In this document: one piece after another, positions 19,095-29,616 of the stretch
Layout: the number at the start of each line of letters is the position of its first letter
Numbering within the stretch: position 1 is the stretch's first letter
Source: Candidatus Poribacteria bacterium
GTDB lineage: Bacteria > Poribacteria > WGA-4E > WGA-3G
Length of the DNA: 64,000 bases
Direction: 5' to 3'
Assembly: GCA_022819945.1 (NCBI GenBank)
Contig: JAJEGI010000015.1
Location: 11,807 to 75,806 of the forward strand
Notes under the pieces: generated by a model
The model's input: the letters and a program-made list of their open reading frames with translations, nothing else
Database searches by the model: none
What the model was told of the DNA's origin: nothing
Position numbers and translations under genes: made by a program

Positions 19095-19502
19095 ATGGAA
19101 ATCGTTAAAGCAGAACTGCGTGATGTCAAAAGACTTGCTGAACTTAACAAGAACCTCATTGAGGACGAGCGGCATCCTAACCCGATGAACATAGCGGAAC
19201 TCACTGAACGGATGGAAGAATGGTTGGTAACCGACTATATCTGTTATCTGGCGAAGGAGAACGGAGATATCGTCGCGTATTGCCTATACAGAGATGATGG
19301 CGGTCACTACTATATGCGGCAATTGTATGTGGACAGAGCGCATCGGCGAAAAGGCATCGCTACGCAGTTGCTTGACTGGCTATACGAAAATGTATGGACA
19401 GATAAGAAAGTCAGATTGGATGTACTTGCTCACAATGAAGATGCCGTTGCTTTTTACAAGCGTTACGGCTTCAGGATCGGTGTCTATAGGATGGAAAAAT
19501 GA
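19095..19502 (+). CDS. GNAT-family N-acetyltransferase
   Basis: 135 aa; 'HRRKGIATQLL' acetyl-CoA-binding motif A. Confidence 0.7.
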   Translation: MEIVKAELRDVKRLAELNKNLIEDERHPNPMNIAELTERMEEWLVTDYICYLAKENGDIVAYCLYRDDGGHYYMRQLYVDRAHRRKGIATQLLDWLYENVWTDKKVRLDVLAHNEDAVAFYKRYGFRIGVYRMEK

Positions 19503-19522
19503 AAAGTGTGAGGAAATGAACG

Positions 19523-20437
19523 ATGAAACATGATGAAGTAAATCGCACCTTTGACTGTGAGCCCACGCTTACGGATTCACAGGTGCTGCAGTATTGCCGA
19601 GATGGATACCTACAACTCCAAGGCGTTGTCCCCGATGAGATTAACCAACGGACGTGTGATTATCTCAACGGTGACTTACCGATAAATCCGTGCTTTATGC
19701 CACCCGGTATGACGCACGCCGATTTAGAACGCATGCGGGATACGCATGAACCGAGTTCCATTATGTTAGAGGATTGGTATATTGAGCATGTGCTACTCAA
19801 TCGTGAACTCGCCGGAGCATTGCGCTCACTGCTTGGTAAGAACGTTGGGTTACCCGTGCTGGTGAGCAACCATCGTGTTGAGTGCCCGATGCCTGCGCAG
19901 GGGTGGCATCACGATGCCGATCATGTCTTTGGCCCCGAAACCAATTTCGTTGAGGTTTTTTATTTCCCACAGGATACACCGTTGGAAATGGGCCCGACGG
20001 AACTTCTACCCGGTTCGCATATCCGCTCCACGAGTCGGGATATAGCTGAGAAAGGCGTTTCAAGCGATGGACCTGCGGGTTCTTTTGTTATCCATTCGCA
20101 AAGTATCCTCCATCGTCGGGGTGAATCCACTGCGGAAGGATTGCGCCACATGCTGAAATATAGCTACTGGCGGACCGTCCCACCGACACGGGATTGGAAA
20201 GAAGAACCGGAATTTGATTTCCAGTCTGCGGAATATGGCGGACACGGTGTCGCGAGATATGTGGCGCACATGTTCTATTGGCTGTGTGGCAGAGGTGACG
20301 AATTCCGTTTGATCGGCGGACAAGCCTGGCCCTGGTCGAGCGTGAACCAAATCGGACCTTCTTACGGCTTTGAACACAAAGAAGGGTATCTCCCGAACTG
20401 GCGGAAGAACAACCCAGACGATTACGCAGTGCCGTAG
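19523..20437 (+). CDS. PhyH-family dioxygenase paralogue
   Basis: 304 aa; 'GYLQLQGVVP', 'LPGSHIR' motifs. Confidence 0.6.
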   Translation: MKHDEVNRTFDCEPTLTDSQVLQYCRDGYLQLQGVVPDEINQRTCDYLNGDLPINPCFMPPGMTHADLERMRDTHEPSSIMLEDWYIEHVLLNRELAGALRSLLGKNVGLPVLVSNHRVECPMPAQGWHHDADHVFGPETNFVEVFYFPQDTPLEMGPTELLPGSHIRSTSRDIAEKGVSSDGPAGSFVIHSQSILHRRGESTAEGLRHMLKYSYWRTVPPTRDWKEEPEFDFQSAEYGGHGVARYVAHMFYWLCGRGDEFRLIGGQAWPWSSVNQIGPSYGFEHKEGYLPNWRKNNPDDYAVP

Positions 20438-20445
20438 GAAACACC

Positions 20446-22095
20446 CTATTCCTCCGAAATAACAAGCACCTGATTCGTTTCAAGGTTCTGTAGGGTTTGG
20501 ACGCTGCCGCAGAGCCATCGCACTGTTAGCGTATCAACCTGCGTCGCGTCCGCTAACCCAAAATGTAGACGGAGGTCGTTCTGACTGATATATCCCGAAC
20601 CGCTTTTGACCTCACGAATCTGTGTCAAGCTGCCTGAAACAACGGTTACCCGGGCACCAATCGCATCACGATTACAGTGCGTGCCGATGAGTTTGATACG
20701 CAACCATCGTGCCGTGCTATCACTGTCGTTCCGTAAAACAGTCGGTGCGCCTTTGAGGTTAGAGATAACAATATCGACATCGCCATCGTTATCTATATCG
20801 CCGAATGCAGTGCCACGACTCACCTTCTGTCCTGCTATTGCCGCATCAGGCTGCTCCGAAAAATTGATACCGCGGTTGCTCAAAAAAAGTTGATTCGGTT
20901 GTGCGTACGTTCCAATCGGATCAATCTCAGCGACGTTATCGTCCAAGTGTCCGTTAGCAACGAACAGATCCAGCCAACCGTCATTGTTAAAATCGATGAA
21001 ATCGACCCCCCACGCCAAATAACGGAGACTCTTCTCGCCGATGCCTCTGGCGAAACTCACCTCGTCGAAAAATCCGCGCTGGTCATTGTGATAGAGACTA
21101 TTCGTCTGATCCTGAAAGTTTGTAATCACGATATCAAGGTAGCTGTCGTTGTCGAAATCACCGAGGTTCGCACCCATCCCGCTATAGGCGCGTCCCTCCT
21201 CACTGAGTGCTACACCTGCGAAAAGCGCGGCCTCCGTCATCTTAATAGTCGTATCGCTATCATTTCGGTAGAGGAAATTTGGGGTGGTATCGTTCGCAAC
21301 GAAGATGTCCATATCGCCATCGTTATCTATATCACCGCAGACAACACCTAACCCTTTTCCATTTGCGCCGCTGATACCGGATTTCGCCGTTATATCCGTA
21401 AAAGTGCCATCACCGTTGTTCCGGTAGAGGACATCCTCAACACCTTGTAGTGTCTCCGGCGTGCAATATGTCCGAACGCCCTGCCGAGTACATTCTGGAT
21501 TTGTTGCTGGATCGAATTGAACGTAGTTGACGACATAGAGATCCAAGTAACCGTTGGCATCAAGGTCTACAAATGCACAACCGCTGCTAAACCGATTTCC
21601 ACCGACTCCGGCGGACTCGGTAATATCTGTAAAAGTGCCGTCGCCGTTGTTTCGATAGAGGACATTCGTTCCGTAGTTTGTCACATAGAGGTCGGTAAAA
21701 CCGTCGTTATTGTAATCCCCGACACAGCATCCCAATCCGTAGCCTGTATCACCGACGGACGCTTCCACTGTTACATCGGTAAAGGTGTCTCCATCGTTGC
21801 GGTAGAGGCGGTTTGTCGGTAGGGTCGGTGAGGTGCGTCCGGGTAAATTGCTTCCGTTGACAAGGTAGATATCTAAATCGTTGTCATTGTCAAAATCGAA
21901 GAGGGCAACGCCACTGCCGATAGGTTCAATAAAGTATTTCTGTCCACTCTCACCATTGGTGTGCCGAAATTGGATACCCAACTGCGTTGTCACATCGGTG
22001 AACCGTATTCCGCCTGCTTGTGAAAAGGCAGGCTGCGGCACAGCGTAAAGGATAAAGACAGTCAGAAATAGTCTGGTTAATTTTTTGTAACGCAT
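20446..22095 (-). CDS. secreted FG-GAP/VCBS-repeat protein (CRTAC1/ASPIC-UnbV-like)
   Basis: 549 aa with signal peptide; repeated 'DxDNDGxxDI' beta-propeller motifs and 'YRNNGDGTFTD' repeats. Confidence 0.65.
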   Translation of the reverse strand: MRYKKLTRLFLTVFILYAVPQPAFSQAGGIRFTDVTTQLGIQFRHTNGESGQKYFIEPIGSGVALFDFDNDNDLDIYLVNGSNLPGRTSPTLPTNRLYRNDGDTFTDVTVEASVGDTGYGLGCCVGDYNNDGFTDLYVTNYGTNVLYRNNGDGTFTDITESAGVGGNRFSSGCAFVDLDANGYLDLYVVNYVQFDPATNPECTRQGVRTYCTPETLQGVEDVLYRNNGDGTFTDITAKSGISGANGKGLGVVCGDIDNDGDMDIFVANDTTPNFLYRNDSDTTIKMTEAALFAGVALSEEGRAYSGMGANLGDFDNDSYLDIVITNFQDQTNSLYHNDQRGFFDEVSFARGIGEKSLRYLAWGVDFIDFNNDGWLDLFVANGHLDDNVAEIDPIGTYAQPNQLFLSNRGINFSEQPDAAIAGQKVSRGTAFGDIDNDGDVDIVISNLKGAPTVLRNDSDSTARWLRIKLIGTHCNRDAIGARVTVVSGSLTQIREVKSGSGYISQNDLRLHFGLADATQVDTLTVRWLCGSVQTLQNLETNQVLVISEE

Positions 22096-22159
22096 CGTCT
22101 GTGTATGTGCTATAATGGTTATTAGTTATCTGACGACTTATAAAAAAGGAGAAATTCTA

Positions 22160-23131
22160 ATGGCTAATAATCTACGTTTTGGCGTTGTCGGTTTGGGTAT
22201 GGGTATGAACCGTTCCGGTGTAATTCACAGCACAGACGGTGCGGAGCTCGTCGCTGTGGCAGATCTTGTCGAAGATCGGCGCAAGGCAGCTGAGGAACGC
22301 TTCGGCTGCGAAAGCCACGACGATGCGCTTGAGATGTTCGATCGCGACGATATCGATGTCGCAATGATTATGACCCCAAGCGGTCTGCACGGCAAATTTG
22401 GAGAGGAAGCGGCACGCCGCGGTAAACACGTTATTACCACCAAACCGATGGATGTTAGTGTCGAAAATTGTAACTCCCTCATTAAAACATGCGAAGACAA
22501 CGATGTCAAGCTGCTTGTTGATTTTGGTGAACGCTACGGTACGCATAATCGCCGAATCCAGCAGGTACTCGAAACAGGTGAGCTTGGTAGACCGCTGCTG
22601 TGCGAACTCCGTATGAAATGGAAGCGTCCAGATAGTTACTACGTCGGTTGGCACGGCACATGGGAACTCGACGGTGGTGGCTCCATCATGAACCAAGGCG
22701 TGCATTATATCGATCTCATGCTCTGGTTTATGGGTCCCGTCAAACGGGTCATCGGTGCCCATTTTGATGTCTACGATCATGAAAATTGTGAAACTGAGGA
22801 TATGACCTCGGCGATCCTCGAATTTGAGAACGGCGCGTTGGGCCACGTCCTGACAACGACAACATTCCCCGGCAGCAGCGTTTCGATGATCCACATCCAC
22901 GGCGAAAAAGGCATCGTCGGTCTCGGACCCGAGATGTGGTCATTCGTTGATGACGATGAGCCGGAAATTAAGTTGCCGCCTTATCCGGGTAATGTGATTG
23001 AAGACGCACTCCGTGTTATCAACGATGGCGCGTCACCGGCAGTCGACGGCTATGAGGGCAGACGTTCTGTCGCACTCAACATGGCTATCTATGAATGCGC
23101 CCGCACTGGCAAATCCGTTGAATTATCATAA
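22160..23131 (+). CDS. Gfo/Idh/MocA-family NAD(P)-dependent oxidoreductase
   Basis: Start moved to ATG 22160 (AAGGAG RBS at 22146..22151); 'LRFGVVGLGMG' Rossmann motif. Confidence 0.8.
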   Translation: MANNLRFGVVGLGMGMNRSGVIHSTDGAELVAVADLVEDRRKAAEERFGCESHDDALEMFDRDDIDVAMIMTPSGLHGKFGEEAARRGKHVITTKPMDVSVENCNSLIKTCEDNDVKLLVDFGERYGTHNRRIQQVLETGELGRPLLCELRMKWKRPDSYYVGWHGTWELDGGGSIMNQGVHYIDLMLWFMGPVKRVIGAHFDVYDHENCETEDMTSAILEFENGALGHVLTTTTFPGSSVSMIHIHGEKGIVGLGPEMWSFVDDDEPEIKLPPYPGNVIEDALRVINDGASPAVDGYEGRRSVALNMAIYECARTGKSVELS

Positions 23132-23488
23132 TAGATAGTTTTCAGTTTTGACCAAGAACTCACGCCTTAGCAAAATTATCTGTAGGCGAGTTCTTGGTCA
23201 AGATTGTCGGTTAAGAGAGGCTTTTGATAAGGATCTCCGTATCGATAACCGACAACCGTTTAAAACTGAATGCCCCTGACTACATCGAACCAACCTGTTT
23301 TTAGTAGGAAAAGCCAATAACTCTATTTGCAATCCAGCCAAAAACTGGGTATAATATTTATCGGCAAACCAGAGATTTATTTGATAGATACTTAAAAAAA
23401 CAGCCCCTCGCGAAACCGTACCGAATGTAACAGGAAACCATTTTTTCACATCGTGAAAAAATGAGCGGAGAGGCCCATATTTAAAAAG

Positions 23489-24844
23489 ATGAAAACTGCG
23501 AAACTGATTACGATGGGATGTAAGGCGAACCAATACGATACGCAATCTATGCGTGAGACACTCCAGCGCAACGGATATACACTCGTTGACGAGGGAGTGT
23601 CGGGGCAGCAGGCAGACCTCTATCTCATCAATACATGCACCGTAACGAACGTCGCCGACCAGAAAGCACGTCAAGCGATTCGGAGAGCGATTCGACAGCA
23701 CCCGAACGCAAAAGTGCTTGTCACGGGCTGCTATGCTGAAAGCGACCGCGAGGCGATCGAAAAGATACCGGGTGTAACGTTCGTTTTCGGTAACCGAGAA
23801 AAGGCGGATTTTCAGGACTATTTGGACGTATTAAACGCCGAAACGCCATCACTTTCGGAAGAGGTGTTTCATTCGCCGAATCCGCTTCTTTCCATAGAAC
23901 CCGTACAACACGATGCTATCCGTGAGCACGCACGTTTTAGCAGAGGCGTTAGCGATGCTGGCAAACGTACCCGCGCGCTCATCAAGGTACAAGACGGTTG
24001 CAGTGCCTTCTGTACCTACTGTATTATCCCCTACGTCCGCGGTCGAATGACAAGTCGTCCGCTCGACGACATCGCCGATGAAGCACATCGTATCGCTGAC
24101 AGCGGTATCAAAGAGGTCGTCATCACTGGTGTGCATCTGGGTGCCTACGGTATGGATACCGGTAGAGACAAAGACATCGCCGACATTTTAGAGCACATCC
24201 ACGACATTGAAGGCATCGAACGGATCCGTTTCAGTTCGATTGAACCGATGTACTTTCCTGATGCGCTTGGTGAACGGATGGCGGCACTGCCGAAATGTAT
24301 GCCTCACTTTCATTTGCCACTCCAAGCCGGTTCGGATGCGGTGTTACGGCGGATGCGTCGGCGTTATACCACGTCACAATTTGCGCATCTCGTAGAGAAT
24401 TTACGACGCGTCTTCGGCGACGATGTTGGGATTACGACCGATATTATGGTAGGATTCCCCGGAGAAACGGATGCCCACTTTGAAGCATCGTGCCGATTCG
24501 TTGAAGAGATCGGTTTCAGTCAACTGCATGTATTCCGCTATTCTCCGCGTAAAGGCACCCCTGCAGCGACCTACCCGGATCCGGTGTCGCCACACATCTC
24601 TGCTGCCCGGAGCCAAGCAATGATCGCGCTCGGCGAACGTCTCAATACAGCGTTTCGACAACGGATGCTTGGGAAACAGAAAGAGGTTCTCATCGAAGCG
24701 AGCAGAGAAGGCGAAAATGACCACCTCGCCGGTTTCACGGACAATTACCTCCGCGTCCTCGTTGATGCGCCAGAGAGTGCGATCAATCAGATTCAGCGCG
24801 TCACTTTGGGTGCGTTAGAAGGGGATTGTATCGCTGCTGCCTAA
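23489..24844 (+). CDS. MiaB-like radical-SAM tRNA methylthiotransferase (MtaB-type)
   Basis: 451 aa; MTTase N-domain ('ITMGCKANQYDTQ', 'INTCTVT'), radical SAM 'CSAFCTYC', TRAM-like C-terminus. Confidence 0.8.
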   Translation: MKTAKLITMGCKANQYDTQSMRETLQRNGYTLVDEGVSGQQADLYLINTCTVTNVADQKARQAIRRAIRQHPNAKVLVTGCYAESDREAIEKIPGVTFVFGNREKADFQDYLDVLNAETPSLSEEVFHSPNPLLSIEPVQHDAIREHARFSRGVSDAGKRTRALIKVQDGCSAFCTYCIIPYVRGRMTSRPLDDIADEAHRIADSGIKEVVITGVHLGAYGMDTGRDKDIADILEHIHDIEGIERIRFSSIEPMYFPDALGERMAALPKCMPHFHLPLQAGSDAVLRRMRRRYTTSQFAHLVENLRRVFGDDVGITTDIMVGFPGETDAHFEASCRFVEEIGFSQLHVFRYSPRKGTPAATYPDPVSPHISAARSQAMIALGERLNTAFRQRMLGKQKEVLIEASREGENDHLAGFTDNYLRVLVDAPESAINQIQRVTLGALEGDCIAAA

Positions 24845-27534
24845 CCTTCAGATCCCTCCGCTTTTGCTTTCAGATCATAGAGAATATTTACCGCATCTAA
24901 GGGAGTCACCTGCGTGAGTTCCAAACGTCGGATTTCTTCGACGAGTGGGTGTGTCTTCGGTGTAAAGAGTGCCATCTGGAGCGAATCGCTTTGCATTGTT
25001 TTTCGAGAGACGCGGCGACGGGGTTTCGGCATTGTCGGGTGTGTTTTCGGTGGTTCTCCTGTCGCACCGTCCGCCTCAACGCTGAGATTGTGTTGTTCCA
25101 GTACCTCAAGTATCTGTTGTGCGCGTGTAATCACGGCTTGGGGTAACCCAGCGAGCCGTGCGACGTGGATGCCGTAACTCTGGTCTGCGCCGCCCGGAAC
25201 AACTTTTCGGAGGAATGTCACCTTTTGACCATCTTCATGAACAGCGACGTTGTAGTTCTTCGCGCGTTTATATTTACTGGCGAGTTCCACTAATTCGTGA
25301 TAGTGCGTGGCAAAGAGCGTTTTCGCACCCATCCGTTTCTCATCTAAGAGATACTCTGAAACCGCCCATGCGATACTGAGTCCATCAAATGTGCTGGTGC
25401 CGCGCCCGACTTCGTCAAAAATGACGAGACTGTTGCGTGTGGCGTTGTTGAGGATATTCGCCGTTTCGTTCATCTCGACGAGGAACGTACTCTGTCCCAT
25501 TACGAGGTTGTCTGAAGCACCGACGCGTGTGAAAATCCGATCCACTAATCCGATCTTTGCAGCGGAAGCAGGCACGAAACACCCAATCTGTGCCATTAAA
25601 ACGATGAGTGCCGTTTGACGGAGATAGGTGCTTTTACCGCTCATATTCGGTCCCGTGATGATATGTAATTGCTCGTCATCACAGTTGAGTAGCGTATCGT
25701 TGGGAACAAATCCCTCTTGCGTAAATAGCTGCTCAACGACCGGATGCCTGCCGTCCCGGATAACGATCTCGTCTACGGATGCGACAGTCGGTTTCACGTA
25801 GTTGTATTTCGATGCGATGTATGCAAAATTGGCGAGAACATCAATCATTGCGAGCGCGGCTGCGATTTTCTGGACGGTTTCCGTGAACTTCGATACTTCA
25901 TCGCGGATTTGGCAGAAAAGCTCGTATTCCAAGGTCTGGATCCGATCTTCGGCGTTCAGTACCTTCGCCTCTTGCTCCTTGAGTTCAGGTGTGATGAACC
26001 GTTCAGAATTCCGAAGCGTCTGTTTACGGATATAATCTTCGGGGACCATGTCGAGATTCGGTTTCGTCACGTCGATGTAGTAGCCGAAGACCTGATTGAA
26101 TCCGATCTTCAAGGATTGGATACCGCTGCGTTTGCGTTCCGCTGCTTCCATAGCGGCGATCCAGTCCTTTCCTTCTCCCACAATCTGCCGAAGTTCGTCG
26201 AGTTCCTCGTTATAGCCGTCACAGATTACACCCCCTTCGCGAATCGTTACAGGTGGGTTCGGATGGATACCGTTTTCAATTAGTTCGACTAACGCGGGTA
26301 GCGGATCTAAGGTCCCATCAAGGGATACCAACAGTGGACTGCTGCAGTTTTGGAGCTGCGCTTTGACATTGGGAATCAGGCACAATGAGTCCTTGAGCGA
26401 ATGCAGGTCGCGTCCGTTGACGGAACCGAGACTGATCCGCGAAATGAGTCGCTCAATATCGTACATCTGTCCGAGTGCCTCGCGAAGTTCCTCTTGTAGA
26501 CTAATCTGGGTTTTGAGTTCGTCAACCGCGCTAAGCCGCTGTTCAATTTCTTTTTCATCGAGCAAAGGTTGCAAGAGGCATTGGCGTATCCTTCTACCTC
26601 CCATTGATGTTACCGTCTGATCGAGGACTTCGAGGAGCGTGCCTTTTGTGGAACCGTCGCGAATGGAGGTTGTGAGTTCAAGGTTGCGCTGCGTATCGGC
26701 ATCCAGTACCATAAAATCCGAGAGCGTGTAGGTGTGCAGCGAGACGATGTGTTCGACTTCCTGTTTCTGGGTCTCGTTTAGGTAGTAGATGAGCGCGCCG
26801 GCAGCAGCGATTGCAGTGGGCAGGTGTTCGCACCCGAATCCGTCGAGTGAAATCGTTTGGAAATGCTGGAGGAGTTCCGTTCGAGCGGTGTCGAACTCAA
26901 ACCGCCAGTCGGGCAGATAATTGAGCGTCGCTTTGAGTTCGGTCTTGAGGCGGTCAGACATCTCCGCATCTTCAAAGGATTCGGAAAAGAGACACTCTTT
27001 TGGCGAAAAACGGTGTATCTCTGCCCAGAGGCGTGAAGGATCCGTGAGTTCGGTTACCAGAAACTCGCCTGTAGAGAGATCCGCCACAGCGACACCGTAG
27101 ACATCTTTGTTGGGATAAATGGAAATGAGGTAATTGTTCTGTTTATGCTCAAGCACTTTCGGGTCGGTCACGGTGCCGGGTGTAACGATCCGGACAACAT
27201 CGCGTTTGACGAGCCGGTTTTCATCGCGTGCGAGTTTCGCGTCCTCGGTCTGCTCCAGAATAGCGACTTTGTGTCCGGCTTTGACGAGTTTGTAGAGATA
27301 GGAATCGAGTGCGTGGTGTGGGATGCCTGCCATCGGTGGCGGTGGGGATTTCTGGTTTTTATGGCTTCTTGTTGTCAAGGCGATCTCAAGGAGGCGTGCG
27401 ATTAACTCGGCATCCTCAAAGAAGGCTTCATAGAAATCACCGACTCGGCACAGGAGAATAGCATCTTCGTGCTGTTTTTTAACCTGTTTGTAGAGTTCCA
27501 TCATCGACAGGTCTGACTGTTTTGAACGTGGCAT
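24841..27534 (-). CDS. mutS: DNA mismatch repair protein MutS
   Basis: 897 aa; 'MMELYKQVK', mismatch-binding 'GDFYEAFFEDA', Walker A 'ITGPNMSGKST', 'DEVGRGTSTFDGL'. Confidence 0.9.
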   Translation of the reverse strand: MPRSKQSDLSMMELYKQVKKQHEDAILLCRVGDFYEAFFEDAELIARLLEIALTTRSHKNQKSPPPPMAGIPHHALDSYLYKLVKAGHKVAILEQTEDAKLARDENRLVKRDVVRIVTPGTVTDPKVLEHKQNNYLISIYPNKDVYGVAVADLSTGEFLVTELTDPSRLWAEIHRFSPKECLFSESFEDAEMSDRLKTELKATLNYLPDWRFEFDTARTELLQHFQTISLDGFGCEHLPTAIAAAGALIYYLNETQKQEVEHIVSLHTYTLSDFMVLDADTQRNLELTTSIRDGSTKGTLLEVLDQTVTSMGGRRIRQCLLQPLLDEKEIEQRLSAVDELKTQISLQEELREALGQMYDIERLISRISLGSVNGRDLHSLKDSLCLIPNVKAQLQNCSSPLLVSLDGTLDPLPALVELIENGIHPNPPVTIREGGVICDGYNEELDELRQIVGEGKDWIAAMEAAERKRSGIQSLKIGFNQVFGYYIDVTKPNLDMVPEDYIRKQTLRNSERFITPELKEQEAKVLNAEDRIQTLEYELFCQIRDEVSKFTETVQKIAAALAMIDVLANFAYIASKYNYVKPTVASVDEIVIRDGRHPVVEQLFTQEGFVPNDTLLNCDDEQLHIITGPNMSGKSTYLRQTALIVLMAQIGCFVPASAAKIGLVDRIFTRVGASDNLVMGQSTFLVEMNETANILNNATRNSLVIFDEVGRGTSTFDGLSIAWAVSEYLLDEKRMGAKTLFATHYHELVELASKYKRAKNYNVAVHEDGQKVTFLRKVVPGGADQSYGIHVARLAGLPQAVITRAQQILEVLEQHNLSVEADGATGEPPKTHPTMPKPRRRVSRKTMQSDSLQMALFTPKTHPLVEEIRRLELTQVTPLDAVNILYDLKAKAEGSEG

Positions 27535-27702
27535 AGAGTTTTCCTTGATATGATTGGCGTGGTTGTCTTTTATCGAAAGGTTAACTTCTAATACCGTAGC
27601 ACATTTTGAACTTTATGTCAAACCTTTTCGGTTCGTTGGTTCGTTCTTCTGTAGGATTCTAACTGCGAAGCACTCCTGATCGCGATTTCTTGACTTGAGA
27701 CA

Positions 27703-28077
27703 CTACATTTTCTTTATGTTTTCTGTATTGCGTACTGTCGTTTTTGACAACTTCTGCGTCACAAGTGCATAAAGGCTCATTCCGGATTTTGCCGCTTCGT
27801 CTGCCAAAGCGTGATAAAGTTTTGCATCAACAGAGATGTTGAATGGTCCCTGGTATCCGTTCCGTGAAGGTGCTTTTGGAATGGGTTCATCGTCTTCTTG
27901 ATAACACTCTTTCATCAACTCCCATGCTGTTTTTAATTCATTCAACGCCTCGGCAGGTGTCGGTCCGAAAGCCGAAACGTTAGGGAGTTCCACGAGATGC
28001 GCGAGATAATCACCGTCCTCATCAAAAAATACGTTCACCATGAAGCCATCAAAATCGTCGTGGTTATTCTTCTCCAT
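27703..28077 (-). CDS. hicB: HicB-family antitoxin (start placed at internal Met 28077; the ORF-track start 28155 would give a 92-nt overlap with hicA)
   Basis: HicB-like N-domain ('FDGFMVNVFFDEDGDYLAHLVELPNVSAFGPTPAEAL') and C-terminal DNA-binding tail. Confidence 0.6.
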   Translation of the reverse strand: MEKNNHDDFDGFMVNVFFDEDGDYLAHLVELPNVSAFGPTPAEALNELKTAWELMKECYQEDDEPIPKAPSRNGYQGPFNISVDAKLYHALADEAAKSGMSLYALVTQKLSKTTVRNTENIKKM

Positions 28078-28312
28078 CTGTTCTCTCCTGATTATATTGT
28101 TTAAGAAACTGTCGAACTTGGTATCCTTTCGCCATAGAGCGATCTGGTTGGACAATGAGCCTATATCCGTTAGGTGAATACCAAGCCCGATGGCTACCGC
28201 GTTGACGACGTTGTGTCCACCCGCATTGACGCATCAGGCGTTCAAACTCTCTAAATTGCAATCCATTTGGATTTCGCCTCGCTTTATCAAACAAGGTGTC
28301 TCGTCGGTTCAT
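28064..28312 (-). CDS. hicA: HicA-family mRNA interferase toxin
   Basis: 82 aa; YcfA/HicA-like 'GWTQRRQRGSHRAW...PNGYRLIVQP'. Confidence 0.7.
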   Translation of the reverse strand: MNRRDTLFDKARRNPNGLQFREFERLMRQCGWTQRRQRGSHRAWYSPNGYRLIVQPDRSMAKGYQVRQFLKQYNQERTDGEE

Positions 28313-28466
28313 GCTGTAATTTTAACCAGTTACGAAACAGAAATCAAGTGTATTTCTGGCTTGCAAGGCTTATGATTTCATCAGACCGGCGAGGTGTTTT
28401 TGCTTGGGTGTTGCCTCAGGAAACCTTGCCAGTGATGGGGACGGATCTATTGTAGTGAAAGTCAGA

Positions 28467-29087
28467 TTACTGCATCGGTGAGAAAGGTGCGGGCAGCAAG
28501 AGTTTGCTTTCTTGTGTGATGGGTCTGACGGAACCTTTGGGGGGCCAGACACTCTTCTCTCGTGTCTCTGTCCGGATTCGGGCACGTTCTTCAAAACTCT
28601 TGTATGCCCATATATGGATGAAATTATTGATACCGCCGTATTCCGAGTACCAACAGCCTGCCAACGGTGAGAACTTCACGCGTTCGGGGATCGCCGCACC
28701 CCACGCCTCCAGCACTTGCGGCATGCCTTCTGCGGGATAGGTGTACAGACGCATTTCATAGAGCGGTCCGATGTCTTTTTCGCCTAAGGGTTCCATAAAG
28801 GGAGCTGGCAGATAAATCTCGGAGACCATTGATACGATGAGATCGCTTGTATCGGGGGGCCATACTGGATTGGGTTCGGCTTCTGCAGCGCGTCGGATTT
28901 CTGCCCGCTGTTCGAGGCTCTCGTAGGGCCAAATGGCGACCATTTGATTTAATGGTCCCACTTCGGTGTACCAATGTCCACCGAGTTTTGAGAGTGCTTG
29001 GCGAGCTGGTAACTTTTCGCCGAAGCGTTTCCAGTATTCTTGGAGTTGACCGAGTTTCAAGTTGTAGGTTCTTATCTCATGGATCAT
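28467..29087 (-). CDS. NIPSNAP-family protein (tandem NIPSNAP domains)
   Basis: 206 aa; two repeats of the NIPSNAP pattern ('MIHEIRTYNLK...' / 'LYEMRLYTY...'). Confidence 0.55.
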   Translation of the reverse strand: MIHEIRTYNLKLGQLQEYWKRFGEKLPARQALSKLGGHWYTEVGPLNQMVAIWPYESLEQRAEIRRAAEAEPNPVWPPDTSDLIVSMVSEIYLPAPFMEPLGEKDIGPLYEMRLYTYPAEGMPQVLEAWGAAIPERVKFSPLAGCWYSEYGGINNFIHIWAYKSFEERARIRTETREKSVWPPKGSVRPITQESKLLLPAPFSPMQ

Positions 29088-29112
29088 GCTATCTCTCCTG
29101 TGTTTTGAGGTG

Positions 29113-29616
29113 TTATTGATTTAGCATCAAACGAATATCGTTTTCACAGATGAACTCAACTGTGACACCATTTTGACGGAGTGCTTCGCGATAGGTCCAC
29201 CATGCACTATCTACCGCTTGCAGAATGGGAGGTTTTTCGGCGTGTGCAAGTGCCACAGCGATGAATTTTCTGTCATCCGGATCAAAATCTGCTAACGCTG
29301 GGTCTGTTGGGAACTCTTGAAAATCAGTTTCTGAATCATCAATAGGCATAATGGAAACCAAGTCGCATTGTTGCGGGTTTGCCCAATTTATCTCTACCCA
29401 CTTAAGGAATGCATCCCCTACACCCGGAAAACCGTCTGAATGCAACTTATTCCGGTATTCTCCGATAATTCGCCGCTGGTCATCTAACACTAATTTTACG
29501 TTACCTGCGGTAATCTGCATCAGTCTGTCAATACAAGTCTCTACGCAATCTTCAGAGGCTTGGTCTGCTTTTCCATTGGCAACTAACGGGACATTTGTAT
29601 CTACAATAACTTTCAT
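29113..29616 (-). CDS. PIN-like nuclease domain protein
   Basis: 167 aa; 'MKVIVDTNV' first acidic residue, further conserved acidic positions, 'DRKFIAVALA' near the C-terminus; 4-nt overlap with the upstream ATPase gene. Confidence 0.45.
   Translation of the reverse strand: MKVIVDTNVPLVANGKADQASEDCVETCIDRLMQITAGNVKLVLDDQRRIIGEYRNKLHSDGFPGVGDAFLKWVEINWANPQQCDLVSIMPIDDSETDFQEFPTDPALADFDPDDRKFIAVALAHAEKPPILQAVDSAWWTYREALRQNGVTVEFICENDIRLMLNQ

Noticed and set aside
22115-22159. ORF-track start at 22115 for the Gfo/Idh/MocA gene
   Set aside because: The ATG at 22160 is preceded by a strong AAGGAG RBS and begins the conserved Rossmann N-terminus. The upstream extension is unlikely.
25744-26283. 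179-aa plus-strand ORF inside mutS, and other ORFs antisense to mutS (24906..27405 series)
   Set aside because: Fully contained antisense to a confidently identified MutS gene; GC-frame artefacts.
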